From IMG/VR virus record IMGVR_UViG_3300035180_001680: 64,000 nt of DNA. One strand, given 5' to 3'. A model generated the notes under the pieces. That model had not been told where the DNA came from, searched no databases, and saw nothing but the letters and a program-made list of their open reading frames with translations. The translations under genes and the position numbers were made by a program. Positions 56,794 to 64,000 of the stretch are shown here, piece by piece (the first letter of the stretch is position 1; each line of letters starts with the position of its first letter). This stretch comes from a virus (taxonomy: Duplodnaviria > Caudoviricetes).

Positions 56794-57093
56794 TTATAAA
56801 TTATCAAACACGTCTGGGGAACCTGTTACAACTGAATATGGTCCACAGTTAGAACCTGTGTCTCCAATTCTATGTGCTGGCTGATTTTCAAGAAATACAT
56901 CTGGAGAACCTGTAAAAGCAGTAGTCATGTGTCCACAACTGGAAATCCCTAGTGTTCCAACAATACAAGAAATTTGACCATTTGCAAATGTTGAATTGGC
57001 TCCAGTTACGAACGTAGTAACATATGTAACTGGAGAATCATGACAAGGACACACTCCAATTCCTATGTCTCCTACTCTTGTTTGTGCTGGCAT
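56794..57093 (-). CDS. PAAR-like spike tip protein (T4 gp5.4-like)
   Basis: TRVGD...TGANSTFANG...CGH...GSPDVFLENQPAHRIGD. Confidence 0.88.
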   Translation of the reverse strand: MPAQTRVGDIGIGVCPCHDSPVTYVTTFVTGANSTFANGQISCIVGTLGISSCGHMTTAFTGSPDVFLENQPAHRIGDTGSNCGPYSVVTGSPDVFDNL

Positions 57094-57142
57094 TTTTTAC
57101 CTTTTTAATAAATACGTATATACAATATTTATGAGAGATAAT

Positions 57143-57592
57143 ATGGTAACGACATTTATATCCACACTGGGTGAAATTGCAACTGTGATTGGTAATTTTT
57201 TTACTTTTATAGCTACAAGTCTTCCTTTTTCTACAGCATCGTGGTTCGTAATTTCAATCATGGGTTTCTTTGTTTGGTTATTTGTTAAAGCAGACAAAAA
57301 TCCAAATAGTCCCATTCGGTGGGAACAATTAATAGTAGACAGCGCCACAAGCAAAACATCTCCATATAAGATGGGATACTTAATTGGTGTAATCATATCA
57401 ACGTGGGTAATTATAACATTTGCAGATAAAGGACATCTAGAAGTTGATGTATTGGGTGTTTACTTGACATATCTCGTCGGTGGTGCAGGTTTTAATGAGT
57501 GGTTGAAACACGGAAAAATTCCAAACCGAGACGATGATTCATCTGATTCGGGTGGAACTAAAGCTCCACCACCCCCAAAAGATGGGACTTAA
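57143..57592 (+). CDS. membrane protein, holin-like
   Basis: About three hydrophobic segments; own AATAAATA late promoter at 57107; charged C-terminal tail. Confidence 0.5.
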   Translation: MVTTFISTLGEIATVIGNFFTFIATSLPFSTASWFVISIMGFFVWLFVKADKNPNSPIRWEQLIVDSATSKTSPYKMGYLIGVIISTWVIITFADKGHLEVDVLGVYLTYLVGGAGFNEWLKHGKIPNRDDDSSDSGGTKAPPPPKDGT

Positions 57593-58509
57593 CCCATTAA
57601 TAGTGGAACAAATAAGTCCAGCTGACTTACAACTTTTTTGAGTTGATATTTTCCAAGGAATTTAATGAAATGGAAATGAGAATATTTGCCTGGATTGTTA
57701 ATTTCATGTTCAATAACTTCAAAAATTTTCCTACGAATACAAGCTGGTTGGTTTGTTAAACTCATCAATAATTGATTTTCTTCAAACAAATCCCCAACTA
57801 CCATCGTTCTGTTATTTTGATCTGTCCATGTTTCTTTCATCATATTTAAACGTTTATATGGGTCTGTGTATGTTTCTTTGATTCGTGTTTTGCGAATCCT
57901 TGGATATGCAGACTGAACATTATCACCAATATCTCCACGAAGACACTTGGTATACATAAAGTAATCAACATCATTATCCCATTCTTCAAGAGTTCTATTT
58001 TTTCCAGTTGCTGGATCAATTAATTGAACGTTAGGATACTTCAGTAACTGAATCATGTCTTTATCTGCTGATAGAATGATAACTGTATCTTGGTCAGAAT
58101 ATATTTCCGCAACACCTGCGATTAAATCATCTGCTTCCAACATATCACCTGCTAAACACACAATTCCGGTATGTTCTCTCATTAATGTTTCAAAATCACT
58201 AATAAACGTTAAGAAAATTTCATAACGTTTTCTTTCACTTGGAGTCATATTTTGACGACGTTGACCCTTATATAATTTTTGGGAATAACAATCCTCAGAC
58301 TTTGTGTAGTATTTTCTCCAATTATCACGATCAAAAACAAAAATGGTTTTTGTTGGCTTATATAATTTATGATATTTGTTGAGTGTAGTCAATGATGAAT
58401 GATATGCAAGTGCTGCAAGTGTTTCACTATCTTCGCGGGCGTTTACATAAAAAGTTTTATGTAGTATATTTGACATATCAACGCAGAGGAAAGTTTCTGA
58501 ATTATTCAT
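57589..58509 (-). CDS. rnh: T4 RNase H-like 5'-3' exonuclease (FEN family)
   Basis: VDMSN, FVFD, LEADDLIA, SADKDMIQL and LRGDIGDNV. Confidence 0.9.
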   Translation of the reverse strand: MNNSETFLCVDMSNILHKTFYVNAREDSETLAALAYHSSLTTLNKYHKLYKPTKTIFVFDRDNWRKYYTKSEDCYSQKLYKGQRRQNMTPSERKRYEIFLTFISDFETLMREHTGIVCLAGDMLEADDLIAGVAEIYSDQDTVIILSADKDMIQLLKYPNVQLIDPATGKNRTLEEWDNDVDYFMYTKCLRGDIGDNVQSAYPRIRKTRIKETYTDPYKRLNMMKETWTDQNNRTMVVGDLFEENQLLMSLTNQPACIRRKIFEVIEHEINNPGKYSHFHFIKFLGKYQLKKVVSQLDLFVPLLMG

Positions 58510-58771
58510 ATTTTGAAGTTTGTGTATCGTTCATATTTTCCATTACATGCTTATACATATGTGCAACCCATTTTTGAACAATGGTTTCATCATCCACACC
58601 TGAATATCCATTGTTTTTTAAATAAGTAACAAAAGCATCATTCCAATCCAATTCTATTTTAATCCCTTTTGCATCAACGTGATCACCAACAACCTGAACC
58701 CAAGGTTCGTTGCTGTCTTTTTTATTATCTTCGTTGGATTGATTATTCTTCTTTTTGAATAGGCCAAACAT
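58502..58771 (-). CDS. conserved hypothetical protein
   Basis: EPWVQV...ELDWNDAF...GYSGVDDETIVQKW; GAGGA RBS. Confidence 0.75.
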   Translation of the reverse strand: MFGLFKKKNNQSNEDNKKDSNEPWVQVVGDHVDAKGIKIELDWNDAFVTYLKNNGYSGVDDETIVQKWVAHMYKHVMENMNDTQTSKYE

Positions 58772-59090
58772 GGATTGAATCCTCTTTAAAAATTAATTCG
58801 TTTACAACATCAATTTGTTTTTGAAAACTAATTTGATAATTTCTGTCACTTTGTGTGATAATCACATCATATTTAGGAATGGTTTGTCCAGGGTAAACAA
58901 TATCAAACAGGGGTGATGCAATAAGATATTTTATGTTATCGATTCCAAGGATTGAGTTCTCAACACCAATAACTATACCATAACTTAATACTCTTTGAAT
59001 TAGTTCCGGATTATTCCTCACATTATGCCATGCAACCATGACTATACCTATACGATCTTCTGTTACAAAATTAGATGGCTGGGAAGACAT
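58743..59090 (-). CDS. hypothetical protein
   Basis: AGGAG RBS; packed between neighbouring genes. Confidence 0.55.
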   Translation of the reverse strand: MSSQPSNFVTEDRIGIVMVAWHNVRNNPELIQRVLSYGIVIGVENSILGIDNIKYLIASPLFDIVYPGQTIPKYDVIITQSDRNYQISFQKQIDVVNELIFKEDSIHVWPIQKEE

Positions 59091-59781
59091 ATACATCAAC
59101 TCCTAAAATACGAACTTTCATTATACCACTCAAATTTAATTCGACAGTCTGTTCGGGGTCTTGTTTAAACAATGCAATAAGTGTTTTAACAGGATAACGA
59201 TGAACAAACATTACATCTTCGCGTTCTTCTATCGAAATAGCTTGGGCTGAAAAATCATGCGAAAATACATCATTGTTGGTGTCAACTAATTCAAAGCGCA
59301 TTCCGTCTGCGTTACTAATAAGCGTTAAGTGTTCAACACCCATCGCACTTTGTGCTTTAACTAGTGTTTCCACGGCATCTTGATTTATCGAAAACTGATA
59401 AATCATAGGATTTTTAACATTTTTTGGAGATTTGAATATTGTTGCGTTTGCACAACGATAATCAACTTTAAGATTTTTAGCTTTGAATGTTAATTGTGTA
59501 ACCTGATTTGTCCCATCTTTTGTAGAAATTTCACCTTCTATGGAGACATCTGGACGACCATCGACTAAAGCGTATCGTGATGAAAACAAATCAAGTCGCC
59601 CAAGACCCATTCCATCAAATGGAAATTCAGGAACATCGTCTTTATGTAGAATAAACACTGTTTTGTTTTCATCTAAACCACGAACAAGGTCTTTCTCAAA
59701 AACTGCTGAATCAATTCCTGCTATTTTTGCTACTTTGATTACATTCCGAATATAATCTATTATTGATTTGTTAATCTTCAT
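59071..59781 (-). CDS. DNA polymerase sliding clamp (gp45-like)
   Basis: Size, beta-rich acidic composition, LKVDYRCA motif and position near rnh; start at ATG 59781. Confidence 0.65.
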   Translation of the reverse strand: MKINKSIIDYIRNVIKVAKIAGIDSAVFEKDLVRGLDENKTVFILHKDDVPEFPFDGMGLGRLDLFSSRYALVDGRPDVSIEGEISTKDGTNQVTQLTFKAKNLKVDYRCANATIFKSPKNVKNPMIYQFSINQDAVETLVKAQSAMGVEHLTLISNADGMRFELVDTNNDVFSHDFSAQAISIEEREDVMFVHRYPVKTLIALFKQDPEQTVELNLSGIMKVRILGVDVYVFPAI

Positions 59782-60085
59782 ATTGCACATCCAGTATGTG
59801 TTGTTCGCTTTGAGTGTATACATATTGATCTAAATTCATAATAAATCTCATAGCCATTGCTGCTGTTTGAATTGCCTCACTTCGAATTTCTTCCAGGCTC
59901 GTTTTGTGGGGTTCATGTGAATACTGAAGAACAGCTTTATTCAATTCTCCGTATTCTTCACCTAAAACAGCAAGAGCATGAAGTGGGTCTGTAGGCCAAT
60001 TTGGAAATTTCGCTTTTGCTTTTTTGAGTTCAAGAACAATGTTATAAATCGCGTCTGATAGTGAATAGTCTGGTACCAATGACAT
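59771..60085 (-). CDS. MazG-like all-alpha NTP pyrophosphatase
   Basis: AVLGEEYGELNKAV...EIRSEAIQTAAM. Confidence 0.75.
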   Translation of the reverse strand: MSLVPDYSLSDAIYNIVLELKKAKAKFPNWPTDPLHALAVLGEEYGELNKAVLQYSHEPHKTSLEEIRSEAIQTAAMAMRFIMNLDQYVYTQSEQHILDVQYED

Positions 60086-60225
60086 AGTGCGTCCTTTGTT
60101 ATAATTATTATTGTTTATTATTCTAATAATTATACACCGAGAAGATAAAGAAAAACAACATTTTAATGTTCAATTGACTACTTTCTTATTGTTGCTACAC
60201 CAGAAACATTTTCCAGTGTGCAGTT

Positions 60226-60768
60226 TCATTTCGAAAGTCCTTTAATAAATTCGTTGTATGGTTTAGCCCGTTCTGTATCTTTTGCAATAGCAGGTTCTGC
60301 TTCAGGCCATCTTCCCTTGATGATATAACGAGCATACCAATAAGCCCACCGTGGATCTTTTGTAATAACATGTTCTGCTTTAGGAAATCTTCCTTTGATG
60401 ACATCACGAGCATACCAATAAGCCCAACGTGGATCTTTTGCAATAGCAGGTTCTCCTTCAGGCCATCTTCCTTCAATGACATCACGAGCATACAAAAAAG
60501 CCCATTCTGGATCTTTTGCAATAGCAGGTTCTCCTTCAGGCCACTTTCCCTTGATGACATCACGATCATAACTATAAGCCCACTGTGGATCTGTTGCAAC
60601 AACAGATTCTGCTTCTTTTTTCTGTTGTGCGTTTAATTTTCCACTTTTTAGTGCCTCATATGCCATCTGTGGAGTAGCCATGTGCTTTTTATCAAACCCA
60701 TGCAATTTTTCTGGGTTTGAATGATATTTGTATAAATCCATTGCTTCAAACAAGTCGCGTAATTTCAT
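60226..60768 (-). CDS. 26-aa repeat protein, copy A (4 repeats)
   Basis: 62-aa N-module + 4x26 + 14-aa cap = 180 aa. Confidence 0.9.
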   Translation of the reverse strand: MKLRDLFEAMDLYKYHSNPEKLHGFDKKHMATPQMAYEALKSGKLNAQQKKEAESVVATDPQWAYSYDRDVIKGKWPEGEPAIAKDPEWAFLYARDVIEGRWPEGEPAIAKDPRWAYWYARDVIKGRFPKAEHVITKDPRWAYWYARYIIKGRWPEAEPAIAKDTERAKPYNEFIKGLSK

Positions 60769-61385
60769 TTCGAAAGTCCTTTGATGAATTCGTTGTAATT
60801 TTTAGCCCACTTTGGATCTTTTGCAATAGCAGGTTCTCCTTCAGGCCATCTTTCTTTGATGACATCACGAGCATACCCATAAGCCCACTTTGGATCTTTT
60901 GCAATGACAGATTCTGCTTCAGGCCATCTTCCTTTGATGACATCACGAGCATACCCATAAGCCAACTCTGGATCTTTTGCAATAGCAGGTTCTCCTTTAG
61001 GAAACCTTCCTTTGATGACCTCACGAGCATACCAATAAGCCAAACGTGGATCTTTTGCAACAGTAGGTTCTGCTTCAGGAAATCTTTCCTTGATGACATC
61101 ACGAGCATAAATATAAGCCAAACGTGGATCTTTTGCAATGACAGATTCTCCTTTAGGCCATCTTCCCTTGATGACATCATGAGCATACTCATAAGCCCAC
61201 TTTGTGTCTGTTGCAACAACAGATTCTGCTTCTTTCTTTTGTTGTGCATTCAGTTTTCCACTCTCCAGTGCCTCATATGCCATCTCAGGCGTAGCCATGT
61301 GCTTTTTATCAAACCCATGCAATTTTTCTGGGTTTGAATGATATTTGTATAAATCCATTGCTTCGAGTAAGTCACGTAGTTTCAT
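60765..61385 (-). CDS. 26-aa repeat protein, copy B (5 repeats)
   Basis: 62 + 5x26 + 14 = 206 aa; ATGA overlap. Confidence 0.9.
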   Translation of the reverse strand: MKLRDLLEAMDLYKYHSNPEKLHGFDKKHMATPEMAYEALESGKLNAQQKKEAESVVATDTKWAYEYAHDVIKGRWPKGESVIAKDPRLAYIYARDVIKERFPEAEPTVAKDPRLAYWYAREVIKGRFPKGEPAIAKDPELAYGYARDVIKGRWPEAESVIAKDPKWAYGYARDVIKERWPEGEPAIAKDPKWAKNYNEFIKGLSK

Positions 61386-62080
61386 TTCGAAAGTCCTTTG
61401 ATGTCTTGTTTATACCGTTTAGCATATGTTGGATCTTTTGCAATAGCAGGTTCTTATTCAGGCCATCTTCCTTTGATGACAGAACGAGCATAATTATAAG
61501 TCCAACGTGGGTCTTTTGCAATAGCAGGTTCTGCTTCAGGCCATCTTCCTTTGACGGCATCACGAGCATACAAAAAAGCCCATTCTGGATCTTTTGCAAT
61601 AGCAGGTTCTCCTTTAGGAAATCTTTCTTTGATAACATTACTAGCATACCAATAAGCCCACCGTGGATCTTTTGCAATAGCAGGTTCTCCTTCAAACCAT
61701 CTTCCTTTGATGACATCACGAGCATACAAAAAAGCCCATTCTGGGTCTTTTGCAATAGCAGGTTCTGCTTCAGACCATCTTCCTTTGATGACATCACGAG
61801 CATACAAAAAAGCCCATTCTGGGTCTTTTGCAATAGCAGGTTCTGCTTCAGACCATCTTCCTTTGATGACATTACGAGCATAACTATAAGCCCACTGTGG
61901 ATCTGTTGCAACAACAGACTCTGCTTCTTTTTTCTGTTGTGTGTTTAATTTTCCACCTTTTAATGCAAAAAAAGCCATCTCAGGAGTAGCCATGTGTTTT
62001 TTATCAAACCCATGCAATTTTTCTGGATTCGAGTGATATTTGTATAAATCCATTGCTTCAAACAAGTCGCGTAATTTCAT
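61382..62080 (-). pseudogene. 26-aa repeat protein, copy C (6 repeats) with in-frame TAA
   Basis: TAA at 61454-61456 replaces the G/A codon of WPE(G/A)EP. The frame continues 23 codons to KGLSK-TGA, which overlaps the ATG of copy B. Confidence 0.85.
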
Positions 62081-62775
62081 TTCGAAAGTCCTTTGATGTC
62101 TTGTTTATACCGTTTAGCATATGTCGGATCTTTTGCAATAACAGGTTCTGCTTCAGGAAATCTTCCTTTGATGACATTACGAGCATAATACGAAGCCCAC
62201 TGTGGATCTTTTGCAATAACAGATTCTGCTTCAGGAAATCTTCCTTTGATGACATTACGAGCATACCAATAAGCATACTGTGGATCTTTTGCAATAGCAG
62301 GTTCTCCTTCAGGCCATCTTCCTTTGATGGCACCACGAGCATACTCATAAGCCCATTCTGGATGTTTTGCAATAGCAGGTTCTCCTTCAGGCCATCTTCC
62401 TTTAATGACATCATGAGTATACCAATAAGCATACTCTGGATGTTTTGCAATAGCAGGTTCTCCTTCAGGCCATCTTCCTTTAGTGACATCATGAGTATAC
62501 CAATAAGCATACTTTGGATCTTTTGCAATAGCAGGTTCTCCTTCAGGCCATCTTCCTTTGATGGCATCACGAGCGTACTCATAAGCCCACCGTGGATCTG
62601 TTGCAACAACAGACTCTGCTTCTTTTTTCTGTTGTGCGTTTAATTTTCCACCTTTTAATGATTCAAAAGCCATCTCAGGCGTAGCCATGTGCTTTTTATC
62701 ATATCCATGCAATTTCTCTGGATTTGAGTGGTATTTGTATAAGTCCATTGCTTCGAATAAGTCACGTAATTTCAT
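62077..62775 (-). CDS. 26-aa repeat protein, copy D (6 repeats)
   Basis: 62 + 6x26 + 14 = 232 aa. Confidence 0.9.
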   Translation of the reverse strand: MKLRDLFEAMDLYKYHSNPEKLHGYDKKHMATPEMAFESLKGGKLNAQQKKEAESVVATDPRWAYEYARDAIKGRWPEGEPAIAKDPKYAYWYTHDVTKGRWPEGEPAIAKHPEYAYWYTHDVIKGRWPEGEPAIAKHPEWAYEYARGAIKGRWPEGEPAIAKDPQYAYWYARNVIKGRFPEAESVIAKDPQWASYYARNVIKGRFPEAEPVIAKDPTYAKRYKQDIKGLSK

Positions 62776-63314
62776 TTTGAAAGTCCTTTAATAAATTCGT
62801 TGTATGGTTTAGCCCACTCTGGATGTTTTGCAATAACAGGTTCTGCTTCAGGAAATCTTTCTTTGATGACATCACGAGCATACCCATAAGCCCACTCTGG
62901 ATCTTTTGCAATAACAGATTCTGCTTCAGGAAATCTTCCTTTGATGACATTACGAGCATACTCATAAGCCCAATCTGCTTTTTTTGCAATAGCAGGTTCT
63001 CCTTCAGGCCATCTTCCTTTGATGACATAACGAGCATACAAACAAGCCCAACGTGTATCTTTTGCAATGACAGATTCTCCTTTAGGAAATCTTTCTTTGA
63101 TGACATTACGAGCATACAAACAAGCCCATCTTGGATCTGTTGCAACAACAGACTCTGCTTCTTTTTTCTGTTGTGCGTTTAATTTTTCACCTTTTAATGC
63201 TTCAAAAGCCATCTCAGGCGTAGCCATGTGCTTTTTATCATATCCATGTAACTTCTCTGGATTTGAATGATATTTATATAAATCCATTGCTTCGAACAGA
63301 TCACGTAATTTCAT
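62772..63314 (-). CDS. 26-aa repeat protein, copy E (4 repeats)
   Basis: 180 aa, same architecture. Confidence 0.9.
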   Translation of the reverse strand: MKLRDLFEAMDLYKYHSNPEKLHGYDKKHMATPEMAFEALKGEKLNAQQKKEAESVVATDPRWACLYARNVIKERFPKGESVIAKDTRWACLYARYVIKGRWPEGEPAIAKKADWAYEYARNVIKGRFPEAESVIAKDPEWAYGYARDVIKERFPEAEPVIAKHPEWAKPYNEFIKGLSK

Positions 63315-63931
63315 TTCGAAAGTCCTTTAACAAATTCTTTGTATTTTTTAGCCCATTCTGGATCTTTTGCAATAACAGGTTCTGCTTCAGGAAATCTTCT
63401 TTTAATGACATCACGAGCATACCCATAAGCCCACTGTGGATCTTTTGCAATAGCAGGTTCTCCTTTAGGAAATCTTCTTTCGATGACTTGTTGAGCATAC
63501 ACATAAGCCCAATCTGCTTTTTTTGCAATAGCAGGTTCTCCTTTAGGAAATCTTTCCTTGATGACATTACGAGCATACAAACAAGCCCACTTTGGATCTT
63601 TTGCAATAGCAGGTTCTCCTTCAGGCCATCTTCCTTTAGTGACATCATGAGTATACCAATAAGCATACTCTGGATCTTTTGCAATAGCAGGTTCTGCTTC
63701 AGGAAATCTTCCTTTGATGATATCATCAGCATAATTATAAGCCCAACGTGGATCTTTTGCAATAACAGACTCTGCTTCTTTTTTCTGTTGTGCGTTTAAT
63801 TTTCCACTCTTTAGTGCTTCAAAAGCCATCTCAGGAGTAGCCATGTGTTTTTTATCATATCCATGTAACTTCTCTGGATTTGAGTGGTATTTGTATAAAT
63901 CCATTGCTTCGAATAAGTCACGTAATTTCAT
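63311..63931 (-). CDS. 26-aa repeat protein, copy F (5 repeats)
   Basis: 206 aa, same architecture. Confidence 0.9.
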   Translation of the reverse strand: MKLRDLFEAMDLYKYHSNPEKLHGYDKKHMATPEMAFEALKSGKLNAQQKKEAESVIAKDPRWAYNYADDIIKGRFPEAEPAIAKDPEYAYWYTHDVTKGRWPEGEPAIAKDPKWACLYARNVIKERFPKGEPAIAKKADWAYVYAQQVIERRFPKGEPAIAKDPQWAYGYARDVIKRRFPEAEPVIAKDPEWAKKYKEFVKGLSK

Positions 63932-64000
63932 TTTGAAAGTCCTTTGATGAATTCGTTGTATGGCTTAGCCCATTCTGGAACTTTTGCAATAACAGGTTCT
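63928..64000 (-). CDS. 26-aa repeat protein, copy G (3' end only)
   Basis: EPVIAKVPEWAKPYNEFIKGLSK-TGA overlapping the ATG of copy F; truncated by the window edge. Confidence 0.85.
   Translation of the reverse strand, partial: EPVIAKVPEWAKPYNEFIKGLSK

Larger units (their letters stand above)
60226..64000 (-). repeat. tandem gene array made of 78-nt (26-aa) coding repeats
   Basis: 30 repeats in six complete copies, plus the 3' end of a seventh at the window edge; consensus WAYxYARDVIKGRWPEGEPAIAKDPx. Confidence 0.97.

Noticed and set aside
61454-61456. Stop-codon reassignment
   Set aside because: TAA, TAG and TGA all terminate well-defined genes in this window, and only one internal stop is seen.
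60195-63799. Many long plus-strand and alternative-frame ORFs across the repeat array
   Set aside because: They are shadows of a 78-nt periodic sequence lacking stops in those frames. They have no RBS or coupling, whereas the MKLRDLFEA frame has perfect ATGA junctions.
60226-64000. CRISPR array
   Set aside because: The repeats are contiguous 78-nt coding units without unique spacers, and no cas genes are present.
60226-64000. Diversity-generating retroelement target
   Set aside because: No reverse transcriptase or non-coding template repeat is in the window, and substitutions include non-adenine changes (e.g. TGG/TTG, GAT/CAT). This cannot be excluded beyond the right edge.

Overview
This window is a 64-kb piece of an AT-rich, large (jumbo-type) T4-like myophage genome that uses the standard genetic code. 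Replication and nucleotide genes are dispersed: primase, two-subunit type II topoisomerase, class II ribonucleotide reductase, dCMP deaminase, DnaB/gp41 helicase, PD-(D/E)XK exonuclease, RNase H/FEN, sliding clamp and MazG-like pyrophosphatase. They are interleaved with a baseplate/tail block (gp5-, gp25-, gp6- and PAAR-like genes, a ~2900-aa wedge, fibre-like proteins) driven by T4-type late promoters ([T/C/A]ATAAATA). Four paralogous free-standing homing-endonuclease-like genes and two endonuclease remnants are present. The most notable observations are: (1) a circularly permuted two-piece tmRNA (tag ANDSFYGETRLAA) directly upstream of a ClpP-like protease; (2) an array of at least 7 translationally coupled paralogues built from 4-6 copies of a 26-aa helical repeat, with hypervariable positions, DNA cassettes shared between genes, one nonsense allele and a leader resembling a capsid-targeting sequence; (3) a frameshifted mini-gene carrying a motif like the T4 Gol peptide. 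All family assignments come from motifs read by eye and recalled knowledge; no database searches were run. Several starts were moved from the ORF track to the likelier RBS-associated codon.
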